Positions 18,399 through 27,555 of a DNA stretch of 64,000 nucleotides are shown piece after piece. The stretch comes from Candidatus Tokpelaia sp. JSC161. GTDB taxonomy: Bacteria > Pseudomonadota > Alphaproteobacteria > Rhizobiales > Rhizobiaceae. The notes beneath the pieces are model-generated. The model had not been told where the DNA came from and ran no database searches. It was given only the letters and a program-made list of their open reading frames with translations. The position numbers and the translations under genes were made by a program. How positions within the stretch are numbered: the first letter of the stretch is position 1; each line of letters starts with the position of its first letter. The DNA is taken from the NCBI GenBank assembly GCA_003331105.1, contig QEND01000003.1:21540-85539 (forward strand), in the 5' to 3' direction.

Positions 18399-19499
18399 CT
18401 ATTCCTTTCCCGTTTTGAAATGTTTAGATAATTTGAGTCCCTGAGCTTGATAATGTGATCCTATAGCTCTCCCATACGGCCTCTCAGCTCGCTCGAGCAT
18501 GGATTCATAAACAAGGCGACCAATAATCTGCCCATGTTCAAGAATAAAAGGAATCTCATGACTTCTCACTTCAAGAACCGCTTGTGCATCCTTACCTCCA
18601 GTCTCCGGATCACCAAAGCCCGGATCAAAGAACCCAGCATAATGGACACGAAATTCACCCAAAAAAGGATCAAAGGGAATCATCTCTGCTGCATAAAGCG
18701 ATGGCACCTGAATCACTTCACGTGAAACAAGAATATAAAATTCATTTGGATCTAGCAGTAACTCACGCGTACCATCATCATAAATTGGCTCCCAAAAGTC
18801 TCGGAAATCATAGGTAGCGTACTCATCAATATTAATAACACCTGTATGCCTTTTCCCCCGATAGCCAACAAGATGATCCCCTGTTCCTATCAAATCAACG
18901 GAAATCGCGACTCCTCCTCCGCTCATATTTGGCTTATCATCAGAAATCAGCATATTTCTGGCATGAAGCTGTAACAGCATAGCTTCATCCAACCTACACA
19001 GACCTTGTCGAAACCGAATTTGTGATAAACGAGATCCTGTTCGTACAAAAATTGGAAAAGTACAGGGACTGATTTCTAGATAAAGGGGTCCATGGTACCC
19101 TATGGATATTTTATCAAATTCATGTGCATAGTCTGTCAGAACACGTGTAAAAATATCAAGCCGACCGATCGAGCTTTTAGGATTCGCTGAAGCAGAAATA
19201 TGATCAGGAAGGGCAAGACTTTCTAAAAGTTGCACGATATAGACACAGCCTTTTTCAAGGACTGCACCTTCTTTCAAAGAAATTTCATGTAATTTAAATC
19301 GTTCAATTTTATCCTTCACACACATCTTTGAACCAGGCATAAAAGAAGCACGCACACGATATGCCTTCTCTCCCAAACGTACATCAAGACTTGCAGGTTG
19401 AATCTGATTACTATCAAGGGGCATAGCACTTATTAAGGCACCTTTATGAAAAAGGGTTACAATGTTTTTATCTGCAAGAATCCCAGATGAACCTCTCAT
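18399..19499 (-). CDS. dcd: 2'-deoxycytidine 5'-triphosphate deaminase (long alphaproteobacterial DCD family)
   Basis: MRGSSGILADKNI...QIQPASLDVRLGEKAYRVRASFMPG... ATG 19499 is preceded by GGAGA; the ORF-track TTG 19550 is less likely. Confidence 0.75.
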   Translation of the reverse strand: MRGSSGILADKNIVTLFHKGALISAMPLDSNQIQPASLDVRLGEKAYRVRASFMPGSKMCVKDKIERFKLHEISLKEGAVLEKGCVYIVQLLESLALPDHISASANPKSSIGRLDIFTRVLTDYAHEFDKISIGYHGPLYLEISPCTFPIFVRTGSRLSQIRFRQGLCRLDEAMLLQLHARNMLISDDKPNMSGGGVAISVDLIGTGDHLVGYRGKRHTGVINIDEYATYDFRDFWEPIYDDGTRELLLDPNEFYILVSREVIQVPSLYAAEMIPFDPFLGEFRVHYAGFFDPGFGDPETGGKDAQAVLEVRSHEIPFILEHGQIIGRLVYESMLERAERPYGRAIGSHYQAQGLKLSKHFKTGKE

Positions 19500-19657
19500 A
19501 AGCTTTCTCCACCGTTGCAGAATTCTGGAATGATTAGTATCAACTTGCAAGAAAATTTCTTCATCCCTCGAGTTTCATGCATGCCCTCTGTCTGGGCTTT
19601 TCTTTACCAAAAGAAAGAAGTATACAAGGCAAGGCAGGATAAAAAAAAGGAAAAACT

Positions 19658-20854
19658 ATGGAATTAAGAGAACCCCCTAATTACCGCACAGCAACAAAAA
19701 TGATTCATGCAGGCACAGAACGCTCACCCTATGGAGAGGTATCCGAAGCGATTTATTTAACACAGGGATTCGTTTATCCAACATCTGAACTAGCCGAAAT
19801 GCGTTTTAGCGGTGAAGATCCAGGATTTATCTATTCACGTTATGCTAATCCGACGAATAACATTTTTACAAAAAAAATGTGTATACTTGAAGGCGCAGAA
19901 GATGGCCGGACTGTCGCTTCAGGCATGGCTGCCGTTGCCAGTGCTATTTTATGTACAGTAAAATCCGGTGATCATGTGATAGCAGGCCGAGCCATGTTTG
20001 GTTCCTGCCGCTATATCCTTGAAACCATTTTACCACGGTATGGTGTTAAGATTTCCATCATTGACAGCACCTGTATCCAAAACTGGCAGAAAGCAATTCA
20101 GTCCAATACCCGCCTCCTTTTCTTTGAAACTCCTGCTAATCCGACTCTTGAGATTGTTGATATCGCCGCAGTCTGCAGACTTGCTCATGAGGCGGGTGCC
20201 ATCGTGATTGTCGACAATGCTTTTGCTACACCACTCTATCAAAAACCCCTGACCTTAGGAGCAGATGTTGTTGTCTATTCTACAACAAAACACATTGATG
20301 GACAGGGACGCTGTCTTGGTGGGATCATTCTTTCGAGCTGTCAGTGGATAACAGAAAATCTACATGATTATCTTCGCCATACAGGACCGGCTATGAGCCC
20401 ATTCACTGCCTGGATTATGCTCAAAGGCCTTGAAACTATGCCTTTACGTGTCCAGCATATGACACGTTCTGCTACAAAAATTGCGGATCTCATTGCCCAA
20501 CATCCTTCTGTATCCAAGTGCTTGTATCCAGGACGCTCCGATCATCCACAAGCGGATCTCATTGCGAGGCAAATGCGCTCTGGATCAACTCTCATTGCTT
20601 TTGAAGTAAAAGGTGGGAAAGCAGCAGCATTCTCTTTTTGTAATAGCCTCAAAATACCAATCATTTCGAACAACCTAGGGGATGTACGCAGCATCATCAC
20701 ACACCCTGCAACGACAACCCATCAAAGTGTTCCTCCAGAAGTACGAAGTGAACTAGGGATTTCCGATGGGTTATTGCGTCTATCCACTGGACTAGAAGAT
20801 ACTGAGGATCTTCTTGAAGATATCAAGAGAGCACTTGATACAGTTAAAAGGTAA
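19658..20854 (+). CDS. metZ: O-succinylhomoserine sulfhydrylase (Cys/Met-metabolism PLP enzyme)
   Basis: 398 aa with IHAGTERSPYGEVSEAIYLTQGFVY, YSRYANPT and YSTTKHIDGQGR (PLP lysine). Confidence 0.8.
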   Translation: MELREPPNYRTATKMIHAGTERSPYGEVSEAIYLTQGFVYPTSELAEMRFSGEDPGFIYSRYANPTNNIFTKKMCILEGAEDGRTVASGMAAVASAILCTVKSGDHVIAGRAMFGSCRYILETILPRYGVKISIIDSTCIQNWQKAIQSNTRLLFFETPANPTLEIVDIAAVCRLAHEAGAIVIVDNAFATPLYQKPLTLGADVVVYSTTKHIDGQGRCLGGIILSSCQWITENLHDYLRHTGPAMSPFTAWIMLKGLETMPLRVQHMTRSATKIADLIAQHPSVSKCLYPGRSDHPQADLIARQMRSGSTLIAFEVKGGKAAAFSFCNSLKIPIISNNLGDVRSIITHPATTTHQSVPPEVRSELGISDGLLRLSTGLEDTEDLLEDIKRALDTVKR

Positions 20855-20881
20855 AGGACTCTTAAGTTTGAAGCTGCTTTC

Positions 20882-22597
20882 ATGAAAATACGCAAACTCA
20901 GCGAAGCTCTGATTAATCAAATTGCAGCAGGTGAAGTTGTTGATCGCCCAGCAAGCGTAGTTAAAGAATTAATCGAAAACGCCATTGATGCTGAGGCGAG
21001 TCGTATTGAAATTTTTATAGAAAAAGGCGGCAAAAATCTCATACGCGTAAGCGATAACGGTTGTGGTATACAAGAAAATGAGCTTTCTCTTGCAGTTTTA
21101 CGCCATTGTACATCTAAGCTAGGAAATAATATTAATGATATACGTGCCCTTGGGTTTCGTGGAGAAGCATTACCATCCATTGCTTTAGTCGCGCATCTTA
21201 GACTTTTATCGCGTACATTAAACAGTCTAACTGGAGCAGAAATTTCTGTTTCAAGAGATCAAATCTATGGCCCTCAACCTGCCGCAGCCAACCGCGGAAC
21301 TGTTGTCGAAGTTCGAGATCTTTTTTATAGGACTCCGGCCCGTCTCAAATTTATGAAACCCGAACAAGCAGAAACAACTGCAATCATCGATACAATTCGG
21401 CGCATCGCGATAGCTTTTCCCTGGATTCATTTTTCAGTATCCAGAATGAATCGTACATTCATGAACTTCACTCCTCTTCAGGGATCTCATGCGCAAATTT
21501 CACGCCTTATACAAGTCCTAGGGAAGGAATTTTCTGAAAATACGGTAGAACTTCATGCAGAACATAAGGGAATTCGATTAACCGGCTTTGCAGGTCTTCC
21601 TTCATATAATCGCAGTAATAGCTTACAACAATTTTTTTATGTCAACAGACGACCAATTCGGGATAAAATAATCGCTGCTGCTATCAAAACTAGCTATGCA
21701 GATGCCATTGCACGCGACCGCTATGGCGTTGTTGCACTTTTTATTGAAATCAGTCCACTTGACGTTGATGTGAATGTTCATCCAGCTAAGACCGATATAC
21801 GGTTTCGTAACCCCGATATGATTCGTACCCTGATTATAAAGGCTATCCATGAAGCTTTTAGAAGAAGTGGAATCCGCCCAGAAAAAAAAAGAACACAAGC
21901 TATGCTCAATGCTTTTCAAGTTCCATCCAAGACAGATCCTGTTTCCCATCAGTCTAGTCTATTAAGACACATCAACTTAACAAGTCTTGAAAAAACAGAC
22001 AAAATACCCATTCCAAGCTATCCTCTTGGTCTTGCTCAAGCTCAGATTCATCAGAATTATATCATTGCCCAAACACAAGATGGCTTAGTGATCGTAGATC
22101 AACACGCAGCGCATGAACGCCTTGTTTATGAGGCTTTAAAAAAAGCACTCTATGCCAAACCACTTCCCTCACAAATCCTGCTCATCCCTGAAATTGTTGA
22201 ACTCCCAGAAAATCATGCCGAACGACTACTCGATTATATGGAAACATTCCGTCAATTCGGTCTGAATCTTGAAAGTTTTGGCCCTGGCGCAATCGCTGTT
22301 CGTGCAACCCCTGCAATACTTGGGACAGTCAATGCTCGTGCCCTCGTCCACGACCTTGCAGATGAAGTAGCCGAGTATGAAAGCACTCATGAACTCAAAG
22401 CTATGCTTAATTATGTTGCAGCTCGCATGGCTTGTCATAGTTCTATACGTTCCGGCCGCATTCTTAAAATTGAAGAAATGAACGCGCTGTTACGCAAAAT
22501 GGAGGGAACCGAAGCTTCCAGTACCTGTAATCATGGTCGACCAACCTATATTGAATTAAAAATCACTGACATTGAGCACTTGTTTTGCCGCCGCTAA
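20882..22597 (+). CDS. mutL: DNA mismatch repair protein MutL
   Basis: [49 protein letters not shown] and CNHGRPT. Confidence 0.92.
   Translation: MKIRKLSEALINQIAAGEVVDRPASVVKELIENAIDAEASRIEIFIEKGGKNLIRVSDNGCGIQENELSLAVLRHCTSKLGNNINDIRALGFRGEALPSIALVAHLRLLSRTLNSLTGAEISVSRDQIYGPQPAAANRGTVVEVRDLFYRTPARLKFMKPEQAETTAIIDTIRRIAIAFPWIHFSVSRMNRTFMNFTPLQGSHAQISRLIQVLGKEFSENTVELHAEHKGIRLTGFAGLPSYNRSNSLQQFFYVNRRPIRDKIIAAAIKTSYADAIARDRYGVVALFIEISPLDVDVNVHPAKTDIRFRNPDMIRTLIIKAIHEAFRRSGIRPEKKRTQAMLNAFQVPSKTDPVSHQSSLLRHINLTSLEKTDKIPIPSYPLGLAQAQIHQNYIIAQTQDGLVIVDQHAAHERLVYEALKKALYAKPLPSQILLIPEIVELPENHAERLLDYMETFRQFGLNLESFGPGAIAVRATPAILGTVNARALVHDLADEVAEYESTHELKAMLNYVAARMACHSSIRSGRILKIEEMNALLRKMEGTEASSTCNHGRPTYIELKITDIEHLFCRR
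21882..21890 (+). repeat. A9 homopolymer inside the mutL coding region (PEKKRT)
   Basis: Nine consecutive A read directly at 21882-21890. Confidence 0.9.
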
Positions 22598-22689
22598 AGT
22601 AGCTCCCTGAGAAAAAATAAAAGTATCGCTTTTTAAGCGATCTAATTTAGAATAGAGACAAATTCTTCAATCAAAAGGAAAAAAATTAT

Positions 22690-22932
22690 ATGTTTCCCCT
22701 GACAAAGGATGAAAATGAGGCACAACTTCAATACAAAGAGGGTGAGTATAGAGTTCTTGCACCAGGTACTTATGTTCTATGCGCTGTCACCGGAAAGAAA
22801 ATTCCACTGGATGAACTAAAATATTGGAGTTTGCAGCGACAAGAAGCCTATCTCAATAGTCAAATTTCTTATACACGTGAACTAGAATGCAATCCAGAAC
22901 TAAAAAAAATCAGAGTTAAGAGAGAAAAATAA
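22690..22932 (+). CDS. DUF2093-family small protein
   Basis: 80 aa. AQLQYKEGEYRVLAPGTYVLCAVTGKKIPLDELKYWSLQRQEAY resembles the alphaproteobacterial DUF2093 pattern as I recall it. Confidence 0.6.
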   Translation: MFPLTKDENEAQLQYKEGEYRVLAPGTYVLCAVTGKKIPLDELKYWSLQRQEAYLNSQISYTRELECNPELKKIRVKREK

Positions 22933-22959
22933 ATTCCGCAGCTACCAGAACATCGCCTA

Positions 22960-23049
22960 TGGCAGAGAGGATGGGATTTGAACCCACGATAGAGTCACCC
23001 CTATGCCGCATTTCGAGTGCGGTGCCTTCAACCACTCAGCCACCTCTCC
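22960..23049 (-). tRNA. tRNA-Ser (anticodon CGA), long variable arm, CCA encoded
   Basis: The reverse complement GGAGAGGTGGCTGAGTGGTTGAAGGCA-CCGCA-CTCGAAA-TGCGG-...GTGGG-TTCAAAT-CCCAT-CCTCTCT-GCCA has anticodon loop CTCGAAA. Confidence 0.9.
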
Positions 23050-23117
23050 AGAAGGAGAGATAGCCCCTCCTCTTCTCTCTGACAAGTCCAAAATTATAAA
23101 ATAATTATGGAAACTTC

Positions 23118-23147
23118 TTGACCTGAGCCGCTCTAAACCTTTATAGA
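23118..23147 (+). promoter_or_regulatory. Putative sigma70-type promoter upstream of rplU-rpmA
   Basis: TTGACC (23118-23123), an 18-nt spacer, then TATAGA (23142-23147), about 130 nt upstream of rplU. Confidence 0.3.
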
Positions 23148-23278
23148 GCCAGAAGTATTCTTGTTTGGAGATTCTTTACACTCTCGTTAAATTTAACAAG
23201 CCGATCAATTGTTGTTATCACAAGCTAAAGAACGGTCTCTTTCTTTGAAAGAAGAAACTGGAAGAGCGAAAGGAAAAA

Positions 23279-23593
23279 ATGTTTGCAGTCATAAAAACTG
23301 GAGGCAAGCAGTACCGTGTTGCCGTTAATGATCTCATCGCTGTTGAAAAACTTTCCGGAAATCCGGGTGATTTTGTGGAATTTAGAGAAGTTCTCATAAT
23401 CGGGAAAGATGCAAATATAGCAGTTGGTACGCCAATCGTCGAAAAGGCTTTTGTTCGAGGGGAAATCACAAAACAGACACACGCCCCAAAGGTTATTGCC
23501 TTTAAAAAGCGCCGTCGCAAAAATTCTAAGCGGACCCGCGGACATCGTCAGGCATTAACAATGGTTCGGATTAAAGAGCTTCTCGTTAGTTAA
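23279..23593 (+). CDS. rplU: 50S ribosomal protein L21
   Basis: [14 protein letters not shown]... Confidence 0.95.
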   Translation: MFAVIKTGGKQYRVAVNDLIAVEKLSGNPGDFVEFREVLIIGKDANIAVGTPIVEKAFVRGEITKQTHAPKVIAFKKRRRKNSKRTRGHRQALTMVRIKELLVS

Positions 23594-23608
23594 AAAGGGA
23601 GAATATCT

Positions 23609-23872
23609 GTGGCACATAAAAAAGCTGGTGGTTCCTCACGCAATGGACGTGATTCGGAATCTAAACGACTTGGCGTGAAAAAATTTGGCGGCCAAGCCGT
23701 TCTTTCTGGAAACATTATTGTACGTCAACGTGGGACAAAATGGCATCCAGATCATAATGTTGGAATAGGTAGAGATCATACGCTGTTTGCTCTTACAAAT
23801 GGAACTGTTTTCTTTCGTAGAAAAAGTAAAGGGCGCGGCTACGTTTCAGTTCTTCCCGATCAGAAATTTTAG
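23609..23872 (+). CDS. rpmA: 50S ribosomal protein L27
   Basis: GTG start; [24 protein letters not shown]... Confidence 0.95.
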   Translation: MAHKKAGGSSRNGRDSESKRLGVKKFGGQAVLSGNIIVRQRGTKWHPDHNVGIGRDHTLFALTNGTVFFRRKSKGRGYVSVLPDQKF

Positions 23873-23874
23873 AA

Positions 23875-24354
23875 TCAACGCTTAGAAAATTGAAAAGAAC
23901 GTCGCGCCTTTGCCTTACCATATTTTTTACGCTCAACGACTCGACTATCTCTCCTCAGAAAACCGCATTTCTTCAAAACCACACGCAGTCCAGGTTCATA
24001 ATAAGTTAATGCCTTTGAAATAGCATGACGAACGGCTCCAGCTTGTCCAGAAAGCCCACCTCCTGCAACAGATACCCTTATATCAAACTGATTCTCGCGC
24101 TTCGTAGCGACAATGGGTTGAAATAACATCATTTGCAAAACTGGACGGGCGAAATATTGATTACAATCTTTACCATTCACAACAATTTTACCAAATCCAG
24201 GCTTGATCCAGATACGCGCCACAGCATTTTTACGCTTCCCTGTTGCGTAAGAACGACCTTGGTCATCAAGTTGTTTCACATGACTCACTTCTTCAACCTT
24301 TTCAGTGACGCTCAGTGCTTTTGGAAGTTCAGAAAGGAAATTGATCTTCTTCAT
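23875..24354 (-). CDS. rpsI: 30S ribosomal protein S9
   Basis: 159 aa ending ...[20 protein letters not shown]. The start overlaps the rplM stop (TAATG). Confidence 0.95.
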   Translation of the reverse strand: MKKINFLSELPKALSVTEKVEEVSHVKQLDDQGRSYATGKRKNAVARIWIKPGFGKIVVNGKDCNQYFARPVLQMMLFQPIVATKRENQFDIRVSVAGGGLSGQAGAVRHAISKALTYYEPGLRVVLKKCGFLRRDSRVVERKKYGKAKARRSFQFSKR

Positions 24355-24818
24355 TATAAAATACTTCTATTCTTCGGATTTAACGCGCCAAAATCAAGCA
24401 GGTCAGGATTCTGAGCCTCATGAGGATGAGAAGAACCAACATAGACCCGCAAATTCTTAATCTGACGACGACCAAGCGGTCCACGTGGAATCATACGTTC
24501 GACAGCTTTTTTGATAATACGCTCAGGAAAACGACCTTCAAGAATCTGACGAGCTGTTCGCTCCTTAAGGCCACCAATATATCCTGTATGCCAAGAATAC
24601 TTTTTATCTTGAACTTTGTTCCCTGTTAAAATAACCCTCTCAGCATTTATAACTATAATGCTATCACCATCATCCACATGCGGTGTAAAAGTAGGTTTAT
24701 GTTTCCCACGAAGACGATTAGCAATAAATGCAGCTAGGCGACCTAGGATCAGTCCATCCGCACTGATGAGAACCCACTTTTTCACCACTTCAGCTGGCTT
24801 TTGGGAAAAAGTTACCAT
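24354..24818 (-). CDS. rplM: 50S ribosomal protein L13
   Basis: [29 protein letters not shown]... Confidence 0.95.
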   Translation of the reverse strand: MVTFSQKPAEVVKKWVLISADGLILGRLAAFIANRLRGKHKPTFTPHVDDGDSIIVINAERVILTGNKVQDKKYSWHTGYIGGLKERTARQILEGRFPERIIKKAVERMIPRGPLGRRQIKNLRVYVGSSHPHEAQNPDLLDFGALNPKNRSIL

Positions 24819-25177
24819 AAAATTCTTCCTTGAATATCAACCCTTCAGAATGAAGGCATTTTTTTTATCACATTACAGCTAGCGACAGGACTAATGAGCT
24901 ATTATTCTCAATAAAATGTACAAGCATAAAAATCAAGTCCTAAAGAACAAAATAGGATTCTCTTGTTCATAAAAAAGCTAAGAACAAAAAAACGATCAGA
25001 ATATAATTCCCTCTAATATTTTTTAGAGAACAATGCAAAGAAAAAAATTCAATGGCGAAATCCTCTCTTTAATCTTGCGGAATTTTATTGAAAAAACTCA
25101 ACGAGCTTCATAAAATCTTGATAGTCGGTGGTTTGACCATCAGTCTCGAATACATCATACATACAAGGTTTTGCCAT

Positions 25178-26275
25178 ATGACAGCGGATCCTTCTTTTAA
25201 AGTCTACTCCAATTTAAAAAAAACTACAAGCGAAGAAGAGCGGGAACAACTTCTTGAAAATCCCGGGTTCGGAAAAATATTCAGCGATCACATGGCTATG
25301 ATTCGTTGGTCTGAAAAGAAGGGATGGCATGATGCAAAAATTACAATACGCCAACCCTTTCAATTAGATCCTGCCAGCGCTGTATTCCATTACGCACAGG
25401 AAATTTTTGAAGGACTCAAGGCTTATCGTGGAAAAAATAAATGCATCCTTCTATTCCGTCCTGAGGAAAATGCAAGTCGTTTTGCACACTCAGCCATGCG
25501 GATGGCTATGCCTATCATACCTAAAACTCTTTTCATCCAAGCGATTGAAGAACTTGTTAAAATCGACAATAAGTGGATTCCTGAAGGAGAAGAAAAAAGT
25601 CTTTACCTACGTCCTTTCATGTTTGCCAATGAGGCATTTCTTGGCGTGCGTCCAGCAAAACAATATATTTTCTCCGTCATCGCTTCGCCGGTCGGTACCT
25701 ACTTTCGAGGAAATGGAGAATCCATGATACTTTGGGTCGAAGAATATTTGAGCAGAGCTATACCAGGCGGGACCGCTACTGCAAAATGCGGTGGCAATTA
25801 TGCCGCGAGCCTTGAAGCGCAAGCGCTTGCCTATAAAAATGGATGTGATCAAGTTGTTTTTCTTGATGTAAAGGAGCACCGTTGGGTTGAAGAAATCGGA
25901 GGAATGAATATTTTTTTTGTTCTAAAGGATGGGAGCTTGATCACTCCCCCGTTAAATGGGAGCATACTACATGGAGTGACACGTTCATCCATTCTAACAC
26001 TTGCAAAAGATGCCGGTTTAAAGACAAAAGAATGTGCTTATTCATTCGAGGAATGGAAAAAGGATTCAGCTACGGGTTGTCTCAAAGAGGTTTTTGCTTG
26101 TGGAACCGCTGCAGTGATCACCAGTATTAGTCAAGTGCGTCATGAATCCGGAGAATTTACAATAGGTGATGGAAAAATAGGTCCGATTGCACAGCAGCTG
26201 CGAGGAAAACTCATAGGAATACAGCGTGGCATGATTCATGATCCATACGGATGGGTCCACACACTTCAACTTTAA
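25178..26275 (+). CDS. ilvE: Branched-chain amino acid aminotransferase
   Basis: 365 aa from ATG 25178: ...NPGFGKIFSDHMAMIRW...YAQEIFEGLKAYR...KCGGNYAASL... The ORF-track TTG 25088 adds an extension that is not protein-like. Confidence 0.85.
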   Translation: MTADPSFKVYSNLKKTTSEEEREQLLENPGFGKIFSDHMAMIRWSEKKGWHDAKITIRQPFQLDPASAVFHYAQEIFEGLKAYRGKNKCILLFRPEENASRFAHSAMRMAMPIIPKTLFIQAIEELVKIDNKWIPEGEEKSLYLRPFMFANEAFLGVRPAKQYIFSVIASPVGTYFRGNGESMILWVEEYLSRAIPGGTATAKCGGNYAASLEAQALAYKNGCDQVVFLDVKEHRWVEEIGGMNIFFVLKDGSLITPPLNGSILHGVTRSSILTLAKDAGLKTKECAYSFEEWKKDSATGCLKEVFACGTAAVITSISQVRHESGEFTIGDGKIGPIAQQLRGKLIGIQRGMIHDPYGWVHTLQL

Positions 26276-26293
26276 AATACGATTTGATAACAA

Positions 26294-26605
26294 TCAATCA
26301 TATTCACCAAAACGGTTATGAATCAGCTTCTCCAACGCATCAAGCACAGTCGCAGCCTCGTGCCCAGAAGCCTTTATAGTAATCATGCTTCCAGAGGAAG
26401 CTGCTAAGATCATTAATCCCATAATTGAAGTTCCTCCAACCGCTATATCATCTTTTTCAACGGTTACTCGTACATTATCATAAGAAGAGACGACTTTAAC
26501 AAATTTTGCTGAAGCTCGCGCATGAAGACCCCGCTTATTGCAAATGAGCACTTTACGAGTTAAAATCTTGTCAGAACATAGAATATGACAGGGTTCTCTT
26601 TTCAT
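26294..26605 (-). CDS. ptsH: HPr/NPr-family phosphocarrier protein
   Basis: NKRGLHARASAKFV (active-site His) and GGTSIMGLM (regulatory Ser). The start is coupled to the EIIA stop (TAATG). Confidence 0.8.
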   Translation of the reverse strand: MKREPCHILCSDKILTRKVLICNKRGLHARASAKFVKVVSSYDNVRVTVEKDDIAVGGTSIMGLMILAASSGSMITIKASGHEAATVLDALEKLIHNRFGEYD

Positions 26606-27003
26606 TATTCAGACAGAATCATACTGGGAATATTAATGTATTTTCGTCCTGCGTCCTGAGCCGCGTGAAGAGCATCGATCAAGCTATCTGATTGACGTAT
26701 GCTCGCTAACTTAATGAGCATTGGCAAATTAACACCTGCGAGAACCTCAACCCTACCTTCTTCTAAAACAGAAATCGCTAAATTTGACGGCGTCCCTCCA
26801 AACATATCAGTCAGAATAATAACACCAGAACCGCTATCAACTAAACGAACCGCTTTTATAATATCATTACGACGCTGCTCCATATCGTCATCTGCAAAAA
26901 TGCATACGGTTGCAAACTTTTCCTGAGGACCCACAATATGTACAACTGCATAAAGAAACTCTTTAGCTAAACTACCGTGCGTTACGAGTACAACTCCAAT
27001 CAT
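26605..27003 (-). CDS. PTS EIIA component, mannose/fructose family
   Basis: 132 aa. MIGVVLVTHGSLA (phospho-His loop), ILTDMFGGTP. Confidence 0.8.
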   Translation of the reverse strand: MIGVVLVTHGSLAKEFLYAVVHIVGPQEKFATVCIFADDDMEQRRNDIIKAVRLVDSGSGVIILTDMFGGTPSNLAISVLEEGRVEVLAGVNLPMLIKLASIRQSDSLIDALHAAQDAGRKYINIPSMILSE

Positions 27004-27075
27004 TTAACCCCCTTGAGATCATTTCATTTCTAGAAGAAATTTACAAAAAAGGCTATGTGAAATTCGAAGAGAATC

Positions 27076-27523
27076 TTATTTTTTAAAAGGTATCCAATGA
27101 GTTATCAACAAGGTTGCCTCAATAGCATGACAAAGCGCAAAGATACTGCTTTTTCTCAGTTGAGGAAGTTTCAGTAATGGCACTTTAATACCAAAAGCTC
27201 GACAATAAACCTTTTCGTTCCCCACTTTGAACAAGTTCCACCACAATATCCAAACGGGTTTTTGATTCAAAATCCATTTGAAACAATCCTGCTCACCAAA
27301 TATCTATCGCACCTGCAATCTGGTATGGCGTACAAGCAAAAAGTTCTCCAGAAATATTTTCAAGCTCCACGGAATCATCCCCGACGAGAGTAGCCTTTCG
27401 ACCAGCGTGATGCCCACGCTCAACAAGCGCTAAAGTTACAACAGACTTACCTGAACCTGAGGGGCCAATGATCAAAATACAAAATTCTCCAAGCTGCAAT
27501 GCATTACCTTTTTGAATTTTCAT
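27076..27523 (-). pseudogene. hprK: HPr kinase/phosphorylase (short alphaproteobacterial form), disrupted by an in-frame TGA and a frameshift
   Basis: From ATG 27523: MKIQKGNALQLGEFCILIIGPSGSGKS...IAGAIDIW, then TGA (27293-27295). The same frame continues AGLFQMDFESKTRLDIVVELVQSGE. The family-like tail FGIKVPLLKLPQ... is in another frame and ends at 27076. Confidence 0.6.
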
Positions 27524-27555
27524 ACCCTTTCCTGCTGCTCCGCTTATAAAAAGTG

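Noticed and set aside
19500-19657. Possible SAM-II (metA-type) riboswitch upstream of metZ.
   Set aside because: Only a simple AT-rich hairpin (tttctt..aagaaa) is present. I could not find the conserved pseudoknot elements (for example the AAAGCU segment).
27076-27270. 64-aa ORF (MNQKPVWILWW...) as an independent small gene downstream of the truncated hprK ORF.
   Set aside because: Its C-terminal half reads like the missing C-terminal part of HprK in a shifted frame. I interpret it as part of the hprK pseudogene, not as a new gene.
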